A stretch of DNA of 64,000 nt from Macrostomum lignano (lineage: Eukaryota): the NCBI GenBank assembly GCA_002269645.1, contig NIVC01001356.1, forward strand, positions 1 to 64,000, written 5' to 3'. How positions within the stretch are numbered: the stretch's first letter is position 1; each line of letters begins with the position of its first letter. This document shows positions 32,561 through 44,880 of this stretch, piece by piece. The notes under the pieces were generated by a model. The model ran no database searches. It saw nothing but the letters and a program-made list of their open reading frames with translations, and had not been told where the DNA came from. Position numbers and translations under genes: made by a program.

Positions 32561-33524
32561 CCCGTGTCATTTCTGTGTGCCTTCCAGTGTCATCTTTTAA
32601 GTTATCTGGCATACACGTGTCATTCCTCTCATACCTGTGTCATCCTTACGTAGTTTTGGGAGTTTGTGAACTCCAGTATAATTAAACTAAGTTAATCTAA
32701 TGAAAATCAGAACATAAAAAGAGTCTAATAAACAGTCGAAGTTCTCACGCACTGGCTCTGGGAAGTGAGCTAGAGGACGAGAGGGGAGAGGAGGAAAGGA
32801 GGGGAGTGGAGAAGAGGGGAGCGGAGAGGAGGGGAGAAAGGAGGAGAGGAGGGGAGCGGAGAGGAGGTGGGCGAAGAGGAGAGGAGAGGAGGGGAGAAGA
32901 GAAGAGAGAGGGGAGGAGAGGAGAGGAGAGGAGGGGAGATGAAAGAAAAATGGGAGAAAAATACAACACTAATACACAGGATGAATCCCATTCATGCCAA
33001 AGTATCCTCAATGACTTGATGACGTCAACAATGATGAATCCTGAAGACCCGGTTAGTGACATGTCCCTTTTATCACGGAAATTGGTGAAGACCAAAAAAA
33101 AACAAAAAAACAAGAAAACTTCTCAACTTCTCAAAAATTTTAAGATTTTGCAAACCACAAAAGTTTTGCTGAATAAAAAAAGTGTACAAAAACGCTAAGT
33201 TGATCGTGTAAAATTGTGTATTTTTATAACTTCTACTGGCCTTTATAAATAGAAAAAAGCAAATCATCTATACAACTTCATATTTTTATCAATGTAATGT
33301 ATACATAAAGTTGATGAACCTGTAAACAATAAAATACGCGTTTTCTTCTACTGACAGTAGCAATATAAGATTTTTGAAATAGAAATTTATATGGAAGACA
33401 ATAGATTTTAAAAATATTTATAAAAGAAACTATGCATAACTAAGGAACGTATTCGTATTATTTTTTAGGCCAAATACGGAGAGAGAATGTTGTAAATACT
33501 ACTTTCATATTGCTAACGCGTGAT

Positions 33525-34670
33525 AGATAAGGAGATGGGGTGTTAGATAAGCAGATGGGGTGTTAGATAAGGAGATGGGGTGTTAGATAATCAGATGGGG
33601 TGTTAGATAAGCAGATAGGGTGTTAGATAATCAGATGGGGTGTTAGATAAGCAGATGGGGTGTTAGATAATCAGACGGGGTGTTAGGTAAGCAGATGGGG
33701 TGTTAGATAATCAGACGGGTGTTAGATAATCAGATGGGGTGTTAGATAAGCAGATGGGGTGTTAGATAACCAGACGGGGTGTTAGGTAAGCAGATAAGGG
33801 TGTTAGATAAGCAGATGGGTGTTAGATAATCAGATGGGGTGGTAGATAAGCAGATGGGGTGTTAGATAAGCAGACGGGGTGTTAGGTAAGCAGATGGGGT
33901 GTTAGGTAAGCAGATGGGGTGTTAGATAAGCAGATAAGGGTGTTAGATAAGCAGAAAGGGTGTTAGATAAGCAGATGGGTGTTAGATAATCAGATGGGGT
34001 GGTAGATAAGCAGATGGGGTGTTAGATAAGCAGATGGGGTGTTAGGTAAGCAGATGGGGTGTTAGGTAAGCAGATGGGGTGTTAGGTAAGCAGATGGGGT
34101 GTTAGATAAGCAGACGGGGTGTTAGGTAAGCAGATGGGGTGTTAGGTAAGCAGATGGGGTGTTAGGTAAGCAGATGGGGTGTTAGGTAAGCAGACGGGGT
34201 GTTAGGTAAGCAGATGGGGTGTTAGGTAAGCAGACGGGGTGTTAGGTAAGCAGATGGGGTGTTAGGTAAGCAGATGGGGTGTTAGGTAAGCAGATGGGGT
34301 GTTAGGTAAGCAGACGGGGTGTTAGGTAAGCAGATGGGGTGTTAGGTAAGCAGATGGGGTGTTAGATAATCAGACGGGGTGGTAGGTAAGCAGATGGGGT
34401 GTTAGGTAATCAGACGGGGTGGTAGGTAAGCAGATGGGGTGTTAGGTAAGCAGACGGGGTGTTAGGTAAGCAGATGGGGTGTTAGGTAAGCAGACGGGGT
34501 GTTAGGTAAGCAGATAGGGTGTTAGATAATCAGATGGGGTGGTAGATAAGCAGATGGGGTGTTAGATAAGCAGACGGGGTGTTAGGTAAGCAGATGGGGT
34601 GTTAGGTAAGCAGATGGGGTGTTAGATAGCAGATGGGGTGTTAGATAATCAGATGGGATGTTAGATAATC
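33525..34670. repeat. 20 bp minisatellite (GTTAGRTAAGCAGATGGGGT)
   Basis: More than 50 units. Confidence 0.93.
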
Positions 34671-34726
34671 GGCTTATTGCTCCAGTAAAATCGCTACAAA
34701 AGTTCCAAAGAAGTATGTGAAAGGTT

Positions 34727-35695
34727 CTAAATATGGTAGTTAGGCTTGTACATCTGATCAAATCGTCCCAGATGCTTAGCAACCAGCTCGTCAATCAGGA
34801 GGCTGTCCGCCTCATCAAAGTATCCACGCCAGTCGCCAACCTCGCCGCGTCGATAAAAACCGGTGCCCCGACCTTCGCCCTGGGCAAACAGGTGGCCCAT
34901 ATCGCTGCCTCGGTCGCGCCTCATCCGGTCAAATCCAACGGCATCGCAGATTCCAGTCAACAGCTCCTCAGTGAGCTCGGAAGCACCTTCCGGCATCAAG
35001 AATCGATCGAGTTTTCGAATGACCTCAGCTGGATTCGCTTTCAACTGCTCGTACTCAACTAGGATGACCCGATCAGCTGGCAGCTCTCCGCTAGCCAGAG
35101 AGGCAAGCAGCATCTCATTGTGCTCAAAATACGAACCACCATCCAAAGTGCCGGGCACAAAGAGACCTTTTAGAAAGGCTTGAAATTTACCACTGTACTT
35201 GTAATCGGCAATCCGAGTGTAGTGATGATACAGCGATACAGCCACATCCTTTGGATTCCTAATTGGGCAGATGATCTTAACGCCATTAGACTGCAAAATC
35301 TGCTTTGGCAGAAGCGGCCAAGGCAGGTGACAATTCAACAGCCTTGGAGACGGTTGCGCATTCAAGACTGGCAGCTCAACAAACTCAAGCATCAGCTTCT
35401 CCTTGTTCACCGGACGCTGATGGCACTGCCGGCTGAGCAGGAAGTGGCAGATCTCGTGCAGCCAATGGGTGCCGCATTTCAGGTAGGCCCAGATCAGCAC
35501 ATCATCTTGGCGAGGCTGGAATTCGCTTGGACAGTGCAGCTTTTCTAATCTGTCTTCGATTCCCGTGAAGTCAACGACATAGTAACCGCGCCACAGGCGG
35601 CATTGAACTTCGTTGGCGTCTGTGTCTTTGCGAGTCACTTTGCCTTCGATCGGGGCGCCAGTTTGCGGGTCTAGATGGGGCGATTTTGTCGCCAT
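34727..35695 (-). CDS. Cytosolic (SULT1/2-like) sulfotransferase, intronless, 322 aa
   Basis: 5'-PSB loop AYLKCGTHW, PRLLNCHLP with the catalytic His, 3'-PB motif RNPKDVAVSLYH, and C-terminal RRGEVGDWRGYF. Confidence 0.95.
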   Translation of the reverse strand: MATKSPHLDPQTGAPIEGKVTRKDTDANEVQCRLWRGYYVVDFTGIEDRLEKLHCPSEFQPRQDDVLIWAYLKCGTHWLHEICHFLLSRQCHQRPVNKEKLMLEFVELPVLNAQPSPRLLNCHLPWPLLPKQILQSNGVKIICPIRNPKDVAVSLYHHYTRIADYKYSGKFQAFLKGLFVPGTLDGGSYFEHNEMLLASLASGELPADRVILVEYEQLKANPAEVIRKLDRFLMPEGASELTEELLTGICDAVGFDRMRRDRGSDMGHLFAQGEGRGTGFYRRGEVGDWRGYFDEADSLLIDELVAKHLGRFDQMYKPNYHI

Positions 35696-35984
35696 GGCAA
35701 CTGAAGCGATCGGGAAAGGGTCTGGCTTGGATTTAGCAGGTTCTGCTTATAAACTCTGAGACTCGTAGAAACCAGAGCTAATTATATTGGGAGTATCGTA
35801 TTTCAGGTTTATTCACAGCTTTGCAATAATAATTACCATTATTACAATTGCTGTAGAAGGGTGGAAGAAGTTAAAGGTAGATGATATAAGATCTAGGTTA
35901 CATAGATATGGAGGTACACATGGCAAATAGGATAGATTAGGGAGGAGATGAAGTGTTATATTAATAGATAAACGGATTGCGGTG

Positions 35985-36430
35985 ATAGATAAGGAGATGG
36001 GGCTTTAGATAAGGACATTGGGTGTTAGATAAGGACATTGGGTTAGATAAGGACATTGGGTTAGATAAGGGCATTGGGTGTTAGATAAGGACATTGGGTT
36101 AGATAAGGACATTGGGTTAGATAAGGACATTGGGTTAGATAAGGAAATTGGGTTAGATAAGGACATTGGGTGTTAGATAAGGACATTGGGTTAGATAAGG
36201 ACATTGGGTTAGATAAGGACATTGGGTTAGATAAGGACATTGGGTTAGATAAGGAAATTGGGTTAGATAAGGAAATTGGGTTAGATAAGGAGAGGAGGTG
36301 TTAGATAGGAAGATAGGGTGTGAGATAAGAAAATGGGGTGTTACATAAGGATATAGGCTGTTGGGCAAGGACATCGGGTGTTAGATAAGGAGTTAGGCTA
36401 TTAGATAAGGAAATGGAGTGTTAGATAAGG
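35985..36430. repeat. 18/20 bp minisatellite (GGTTAGATAAGGACATTG)
   Basis: Shares the GTTAGATAAG core with the 33525-34670 array. Confidence 0.88.
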
Positions 36431-36876
36431 ATATTCGGGTGTTAAATAAAGATGAATGACATAACTTAAGGAAAGGTTCGCTAGATGCGTTCTTTATAAA
36501 AAAGCAAGCAAACAAGTAGATAATTATTACTGTAACATATAATGATAAGCTGTTACTGAAGCTGGAGCCCACTGAAAGTAAAGCAATGGTTTTTTTTAAA
36601 TCCTCAACTTGGGATAAGCGCTGATACAGTATATTTATAGTACAAATTTATTAAATGGCGTACAAAGTGAGGCACGTGCCGCAAACTGAACAGTGCAAGC
36701 TGTTGCCAAGAATATTACAAATTTTTAGAGAAAAAAAGCAAAAATTATGGAAATTGCACACAGACTTATGGCAAAGCAGCCTATTGGTTGTCGGTGAGGG
36801 CTGGTGAGATTATTTTTGAAAAAAATTAATGAAATAAATTGCAAATAAACAAAATTTTTAAAGCGCTCTTTTGCCG

Positions 36877-36881
<5 letters not shown>

Positions 36882-36968
<87 letters not shown>
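36882..36968. repeat. (CT)n microsatellite
   Basis: Perfect dinucleotide run. Confidence 0.97.
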
Positions 36969-36972
<4 letters not shown>

Positions 36973-37149
36973 GCTTGAGTTCAAAAGTTGGAAATGCAAG
37001 TTCTTGAAATAGGCTTGAACTGAATATATGCTAGTTTAATGTGTTGTTAATCTGTTTGCTAAACAAAAATATTCAGTTAGTGCAATCAGAGCCATAACGA
37101 ATAAAAGTGAATTCCTAGATTATCAGTTCCAAATCCTTGATCATGATAT

Positions 37150-37420
37150 ATCCCAGTTCACACTGATCCCAAATATAGATATATACACGAATCCCAATTC
37201 ACACTGATCCCAAATATAGATATATACACGAATCCCAATTCACACTGATCCCAAATATAGATATATACACGAATCCCAATTCACACTGATCCCTAATATA
37301 GATATATACACGAATCCCAATTCACACTGATCCCAAATATAGATATATACACGAATCCCAATTCACACTGATCCCTAATATAGATATATACACGAATCCC
37401 AATTCACACTGATCCCTAAA
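37150..37420. repeat. 41 bp tandem repeat (CCCAATTCACACTGATCCCAAATATAGATATATACACGAAT), ~6.5 copies
   Basis: Period of 41 measured between 37193 and 37234. Confidence 0.93.
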
Positions 37421-38169
37421 TATACATTAATCCCCAAAAACAAGAGTCCCTGTACACGTTTCTAAATAAATAAATTAATATTTCAAACACACTTTGACTC
37501 TTCTCACATTGCACTACTCTCAGTAAAGATATTGGCGACTTATTAATGAAAAATATTTTTCTTACGAAAAAAAAATTAAAATTGAATACAAACATAAGAA
37601 CGTCTCTCAGTGATCTCCTGTTGGCAAGCCTTGTTATAAGACAGCTTCTGTGTGTGAGTTGAGTTTTAGCGAGTCGATATTGAAAGACACCGCTTACTAA
37701 CGCCATTAGCTGAGGGTGTTAGGGACGCAACGCAAATAGAAACACACGGATCGGTTGTATAATCTCCGATTCAAATATTTTTTGTTCAAATCAGATCACA
37801 GATATTTTTTACAAAAAAACCGCACAAATTGAAAATAACTGATTTGGATCGAAAGCTTATAAAATGGCATTATAACACAATTCTGTGAGCATAGTCACAA
37901 TCTGTTCGAGCGCAAAATTAAAAAGTAAAAAAATTTATAATATTTTTAAGAATGACAATGAAGTGTATTTGAAGGGCAGTGAAGCTGCAAGATGTGTTTC
38001 GTGTAAAAGCAAATAATTTAGTAGCGAGAAAAGCTATTTAGAAAATAAAATTGCTTTTTTATAAATTAAAACACCTTCAGCATCATTATTATATGCGTTT
38101 ATAAGCTTAGAAGATATAGAACGCGCTGAAAATGATTAACTACATCGAGCAGGATCTCAGGAAGAAAGA

Positions 38170-38630
38170 GAGTGAAAAGGGATTGAGGGAGAGTGACGGA
38201 GGGTGAGAGAGGGTGAGGGAGAGTGAGAGGGTGAGGGAGAGTGAGAGGGTGAGGGAGAGTGAGAGGGTGAGGGAGAGTGAGAGGGTGAGGGAGAGTGAGA
38301 GGGTGAGGGAGAGTGAGAGGGTGATGGAGAGTGGAAGGGTGAGGGAGGGTGAGAGGGTGAGGGAGGGTGAGAGGGTGAGGGAGGGTGAAGGAGGGTGATG
38401 GAGAGTGGAAGGGTGAGGGAGGGTGAGAGAGGGTGAGGGAGGGTGAGAGGGTGAGGGAGGGTGAGAGAGGGTGAGGGAGGGTGAGAGGGTGAGGGAGGGT
38501 GAGAGAGGGTGAGGGAGGGTGAGAGAGGGTGAGGGAGGGTGAGAGAGGGTGAGGGAGGGTGAGAGGGTGAGGGAGGGTGAGAGAGGTTGAGGGAGGGTGA
38601 GAGGGTGAGGGTGAGAGGGTGAGGGTGAGG
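38170..38630. repeat. GAGGGT/GAGAGT hexamer-based purine array
   Basis: Direct reading. Confidence 0.88.
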
Positions 38631-38828
38631 GAGCTGTTCAGAAGAGACATGCAGAAAACACAGGCAGTCCAGCACAAACTGAAAGTAAAATCAGACCAAG
38701 CCAAGAGATTTTACATTGAGACGTAGAGGATAGTCGCACAGAGGGGGGGACAAACAACTATGAGCCAGTTCAGGCTGAGCCGCATAATAAAATAGGATAG
38801 CTGAACAACTGACTCGCTAGCTCTACAT

Positions 38829-41800
38829 TCACTCGCTCGAACCTACATTAAAATCATAATCCTGATCGTTTAGCAGCGACTCGATGTAAGCCTCCTCAGG
38901 CCAAGGAAAATCCGAATCGAGCATAGCTCCCGGCAGCTGGCTGTCCGGGATGGGGCACCAGCGGTAGCCCAGCCAGTGCGACACCTTGCCGTAGGGGTCC
39001 GCGCCCACCGCCGAGTCGCCTCCTTCGCCAGTGTCTCGGTAAAGACAGCGTTCGGGTACCTGGGCAGGTGAGGGGGCTGTCTGTCATATGTGTCTCATTG
39101 TGTCTGTCATATGTGTCTCATGGTGTCTGTCATATGTGTCTCATGGTGTCTGTCATATGTGTCTCATGGTGTCTGTCATATGTGTCTCATGGTGTCTGTC
39201 ATATGTGTCTCACGGTGTCTGTCATATGTGTCTTATGGTGTCTGTCTCATGGTGTCTGTCTCATTGTGTCTGTCATATGTGTCTCACGGTGTCTGTCATA
39301 TGCATCTCACGGTGTCTGTCATATGCATCTCACGGTGTCTGTCTCCTCTGTCTCATGGCATCTGTCTCCTCTATCTCATGGTGTCTGTCTCCTCTGTCCC
39401 ATCTGTCTCATGGTGTCTGCCCTATCTGTCTCACAGTGCCTATACAGATGGCATCGATGTTCATCCCCACATGCAACGCTCATCATCCATCAGATTCCCA
39501 ATAATCCAACCTCCAACTTGAGCAGCTCCGGTCCACGCAGCGCAGCCAAGCCCACAATGGTATGCGCGCTGACGCAATAGCCATAGACAGCCAACTCTTC
39601 AAGCCTCGGGCACATCCAAGCTATCATCATGAGCGGATCTGGGCGACCCCGGCTCCAAGGCAGGGTCTGCCGACAGCAACAACCGATGTCGTTCATGCTC
39701 TCCACTAGTCTGAGACAGCGCAGCCGGTGAGAGTGCCTGGCGCACACGAAATCAAATAGCGTAGGCGGTAGGCGCTGGCAAAAGTACATGCGTAGGCGGG
39801 TAAGCGGCAGATCGGCAGGCAGGATCGAACGAAAATGTTGCATAGCGCTTGGCGAGTGAAGCTAAAAAACAATTAAAAGGGTAAACGGCGTGAGTATGAA
39901 TGGCTTTTAATGTATAGGCTAAAACCTCGTCATCTAATTAGTGTCTAAAAACATCCAGTTACCAAGGTAACAGTAGCTTCGCAGCCAATTTCGCCTAGAG
40001 CGGCCCAACTACGAATGGCCAGTGCCGGCATCGACGAGGTGACGTCATTGTGGACAAACAAGGACAGATGACGCAATAGACCGCCTCGTGCGAGAGACGC
40101 CACCAGCTCCTCCGACACCTTGAAATTGATAAAATCGAATTATATCACTTTTAAAATAAGAGTAATAAATATATTTAAGGTCTATCACTGGCCCCTTATC
40201 TCAGCTCAGGTAATCGAAATTTCAAACTCTTATCTCAGCTCAGGTAATCAAAATTTCAAACTCTTATCTCAGCTCAGGTAATCAAAATGTCTAACCCTAA
40301 TCTCAGCTCAGGTAATCAAAATGTCTAACCCTTATCTCAGCTCAGGTAATCAAAATGTCTAACCCTTATCTCAGCTCAGGTAATCAAAATGTCTAACCCT
40401 TATCTCAGCTCAGGTAATCAAAATGTCTAACTCTTATCTCAGCTCAGGTAATCAAAATGTCTAACCCTAATCTCAGCTCAGGTAATCAAAATGTCTAAAT
40501 AACCCTTATCTCAGCTCAGGTAATCAAAATGTCTAAATAATCCTTATCTCAGCTCAGGTAATCAAAATGTCTAACCCTTATCTCAGCCCAGGTAATCAAA
40601 ATGTCCAATCCTTATCTCAAGACAGATTACGAAAATGCCAAACCTGATTCAAGTCCAGACTCAGCCTCGTCAGCCTGAAGCATCTCAGCAAGCGGTTGTC
40701 GATGAATGGCACACGAGAACTGATTGGATCAGATCGCAACGAAGCAAGATGCAGAGATTTCAGGCACCTGTGCTGCTGCAAATGGTGCAAAAGTTTGTTC
40801 TGCCAACCATCAAAGCAGTCAGTTAGGCCCAGTGACAGGTGACGCAGTTGATGCGAGTGACAGATGAGGGACAATAGGCTGCGACAGAGTCTGCGTGGTT
40901 AGGATTAAAAAAGGGAAAGTATTACATTTACATATTCACAATAACTCATATTTACATGAACCTTTAAAATCATAGGATTTCAAGTCTTCTATCGTTGGCA
41001 AAATTTGATTAAATCTGTAAACATAAAATCTGTAGACTTCTGCAACTTCTGTTGGTCAGAGAGGTTTAGCAGTGTAAAGGGTTGGGTAAATATATTGATA
41101 TATACCTGATTGTAAACTTTTTGATTGATACCAGCTGGCATCCTTGGTTTGTAATTTGATATACCTGGCATACCATGCATGATACATACCTAGCATATCA
41201 GAAGCATCTATTTACTACCAAAGATGACTTCAAGGTGCACCTATTATTATGAGGTATAAAGCCAATCTTCCTAGATTAGTATGGAGGCTATGCCATTGAC
41301 AAATATGCAAAAGTAAGCCTCAGGTATATTCTATTGATTGTTGCTACACGATGAGATAATTTTATACTATGCATTACCTAGAATGTCTGCTAACCAATAT
41401 TCTAATGATCTACACTGGAGCCTCATCCCTGAGAGCTAGGCCTACTCTAGGCCAATGTCATCAAATTCTACTAGGCCATTGCCTATAGACTCTAGGCTAT
41501 AGTGCACTATCCCTCTGGTCTTAACCTTATTGCAACCAAGCAACTATGCTACAACCAAGCCAATATTAACATTTTGATTGACTACCTTATTGTTGACTTG
41601 CAAGCACTTGCATTAACCCCTTAAGCTACTGCTATTAGCTTGTAATTGTTAGAAATATTATATTTTTAAGATCTTTTAGACTCAAGATATATAGTTCTGA
41701 GATAATTAAAATTTAATCAAGATTTGAGATTAAGCCTAATTAGCATATCATAGGTATGTTTATACTATTCTATCAATGCTAATACTAGTATTTATCTCAT

Positions 41801-43514
41801 AATCATAGTCTTATAATGATAATAATAGAAGAAAAACAATTATATAATATTAAGCTTATTAATAATCACTTGATATATATCAAACATAAATATACTAATG
41901 ATAGTCCCAAATTATAATACTATTGTCCACATAATGAGACACATAATTAAATGGTCACATAGTCAAATCTTGACTTTTTTGAGATCTTGAAACCCCCTTT
42001 CTTGAATATGCTGTTTTCTCAACAATTTTGAGGTGTGCATAAGGGTTTTTTGTCCTTGATCTATATGCAATAAGACTTCACACATAGCAGTATATGCAAA
42101 AAAAATTTTGGCATGCAGCCATGTGCAAAATGGATTTGGAAATAAAATAGAGGTTTGGATTTTGCTAGACTGTGGAAATTTGTAATTGGCAATGTCTTAA
42201 TTTAATTTTTTTTGATAACTTTAATTACAACATTTTTTAAATAATTGTAATATAATTTTTTTTTAAATTTGTAGCAAAATAAAAGACAAAAAAATAATCC
42301 AATCTATAGAAAAGAATAAATTTATTTTGTTTAAACAGGCTTTGCTACTTTTACTTAAGCAAATTGTTAAAAAATATGAGCACATTTTTGTTTTCAACTT
42401 TTTCTGCTAGTCTTGCATGCAGCATATAATGCAGATGAGGCCCTTGGTGTGCGGCATGCAGTGCATATGAGATTTTTGAATAATCTCAACATGCTGCATG
42501 CAAGGTCAAAAAGTTTCATGGTGTACATGGAATATCTTTGGAACTATAGCTTGAAACCAAGATTGAGATTAAGAAAATGCCAAGATCTTGATGATTGAAA
42601 TCAAGATTGAGATCTTGTCTAACCCCTAATTGCCGCTTGCCTTTTTTACTTGTTCTAGAAAGTGTATATATAAAAGGTCTTAGACTTTTTATTTCTTAAT
42701 TTATAGAAATGACAGTAAAAAACAGAATAAAAAAGTTACAAAAAACTTATAAATAGTAAAAACATAAATCTATTTAAATAACAAAATGCAAGCATTTAGA
42801 TCTACATTATCAATATAACATTTGACAACTATATTTATGATATTTAGAAAATAATTTTAGTATAGGCCTACAAAATAAAATGATTTTTTTCCAAAAGCTT
42901 CAAAAATGTTTGGCTAATAACTAAATGTTAGTAGAAGCCATTATTAGCATTAAGAATTAAGACTTACTATATGTTATATAGTATTTTTTATTATAGCACT
43001 GACATAAAGTTTTGTGGTTAAACTAAAAATGCATTTCCAAAGGTCAGTAGGAAAAGGTATGATAGGCATAGCCATAGGCCTATTGTTGAACAAACCTTTG
43101 CATTGTGTCGCATGAAGACCATTCAGAAGTAGCCAATTGAAGACCAGAATTAGAAGGTCTCAGTGAGAATGATTTCAAACCATCACCATTAACTAGAGCA
43201 CACGCAGTTGCAATTTCGTACAAAGACTCAATACAACCTTCACAGTGTGAATTGAAGTGAACTGTAAGGTGTTGAACAGCTCTTAATGACATAAACTTGT
43301 CGAATTTATGAAGAGAAGCACGGTGATTTTCAAAGCAATCCTGAGCAAAATCTACATAAGCAGATCGCCATATTCTCTTAACAGTGTAGGAAGCTCGACG
43401 CCAGTTATAACACACAAGACCAAAGTTTCTCGCATCAGTGTTTGGCAGTAAACATAACACTTGCTGTAAGACGTTGTGTGGCAGCAGTTCCCATCTGCCT
43501 TGCAAACTTTGCAT
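38829..43514 (-). CDS. FBXO33: FBXO33-like F-box protein, 5 exons, 467 aa
   Basis: Exons 43514-43096, 40890-40644, 40118-39963, 39861-39511, 39059-38829 with consistent phases. N-terminal F-box WELLPHNVLQQVLCLLPNTDARNFGLVCYNWRRA. The segment PDPLMMIAWMCPRLEELAVYGYCVSAHTIVGLAALRGPELLKLEV matches the conserved C-terminal block of FBXO33 as I recall it. Confidence 0.85.
39078..39440. repeat. 23 bp intronic minisatellite (GTCTGTCATATGTGTCTCATGGT)
   Basis: Fills FBXO33 intron 4. Confidence 0.88.
39879..39943 (+). other. 28S rRNA-like fragment inside the 101 bp FBXO33 intron 3
   Basis: GGGTAAACGGCGTGAGTA...CCTCGTCATCTAATTAGTG matches both ends of the 28S helix 69-71 segment; the middle is diverged. 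Confidence 0.6.
40190..40620. repeat. 34 bp intronic minisatellite (TTATCTCAGCTCAGGTAATCAAAATGTCTAACCC)
   Basis: About 12 units in FBXO33 intron 2. Confidence 0.9.
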
Positions 43515-43833
43515 TGCCTAAGAATCCAGCGACGGTTGAAGACAATGGTTTTCAAGTTAGTGCAAGCAAATAGGTGTAAGATTGGCTGACTTTTTAGTTT
43601 TTAGATTTTAAAGCGAGCAGCACATCGATTTGTGTAAATACAAAAAGATAACGCTCGCTACATCTACTGCTTCATTTTTACTTTCTTCTTGGAAAGAAAA
43701 AAGTTAAAATCCTCATCAAGAATGTTATTACATTAAAACATAAATTACATATCTAATGGCTTTTGTAGGTTGTAATTTGCAAAGTAACCTAAAAAAGTAT
43801 GCCAATATATTATATATATTTAAGAACTAACAC

Positions 43834-44880
43834 ATGGACTGCAGTAGGCAATCGAATCTCTGTGCAGCGGCTTTTGGCAGAAGGCCGCACAAGGGCATGT
43901 ACATGTGCAAGGTGGACCTGAGCCAGGCCTACAGTTCCTGCGCCATTCACCCAAGTGACCACTGCCTCACCGGCCTGAAGTTCACGGTTGAAGGCGATGT
44001 TGAGCCGACCTACATGGTGGACGCCCGGCTGCCGTTTGGTGCAGCAGCGGCATCTGTCAGTGCAGCTTCTTTCAGATTAGCAATGCCATTCGGTTCATGA
44101 TGCTGAAGCGCAAGTTTTACAACTTCGAGGTCTACATGGACGATTTCGGCTTCGCGGGGTCGCTGACTGATTGCTGGCTTTTCTACACCGAGCTGACGCA
44201 GCTGGTGCAGAGGCTGCATGGGCCTGACTGTCTTGAAGAAGTGCGTGCAGCCGACTCAAGAAATGTGCTTCCTGGGCATCCATCCAGTTCAATACTCTGT
44301 CAGGACTCATGAGCTTGCCAGGATCCAAAGTCGAGAAGAGCTGCAGGTCAGCCTTGATCAGTGCTGTGCGATGCGGCAGATCTCCAACAAGCATGCATGA
44401 GCTGCAGAAAGCTGCAGATGGGCAAGCTCAACTGGGCCTGCCAGGTGATTGTCAACGGCCGGCCTTTCTTGCGCAACCTGATCGACTGCGTCAGCAACAA
44501 AGGATCGGCTGTTGGTAGATAACCAGTTAAAGAGCATCCTTGTCTAGTGGAAGCTGTGGCCTTGCGGCAGTAGCGAGGTCGTGAGATTTGGCCCACGTCC
44601 AAAAGACCGGTTGCCATGGAGACGGACGCCTGCCTTGTAGGAGCGGCAGCTATTTTGCGTGACCCGGCCGGCTTTGACTGGTGCTACCTGAAATGGGATG
44701 TCGATGCTGGTATGGCGTCTTCAGCGAGTGCTGCATCAACTACAAGGAGGCTGCTGCAGTCCTGCTGGCCTTGCTGCTCTGGCGCCATCAGCTGCGCAAC
44801 TGCCAGGTCGCCGTCTACTGCGACGACGCCGCTGCCTGCGCGATAATCAACAAGGGTCTTCCACGGAGTCCCGGTTGCTG
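43834..44880 (+). pseudogene. Degraded DIRS/Ngaro-type (tyrosine-recombinase retrotransposon) RT-RNase H fragment
   Basis: Frameshifted pieces: KVDLSQAY, HPSD, LPFG, YMDD, QPTQEMCFLG; RNase H TDACLVG, INYKEAAAV.LALLLW, CDD...IINKG. No recombinase ORF seen. Confidence 0.82.

Noticed and set aside
31210-32685. Cys/Pro-rich 450-490 aa ORFs resembling keratin-associated or metallothionein-like proteins
   Set aside because: A 22 bp unit cycling through frames, open in several frames on both strands; no coding signature.
35985-36300. Interstitial telomeric repeat (GGGTTAG occurs in the unit)
   Set aside because: One heptamer within an 18-20 bp unit; no (TTAGGG)n run.
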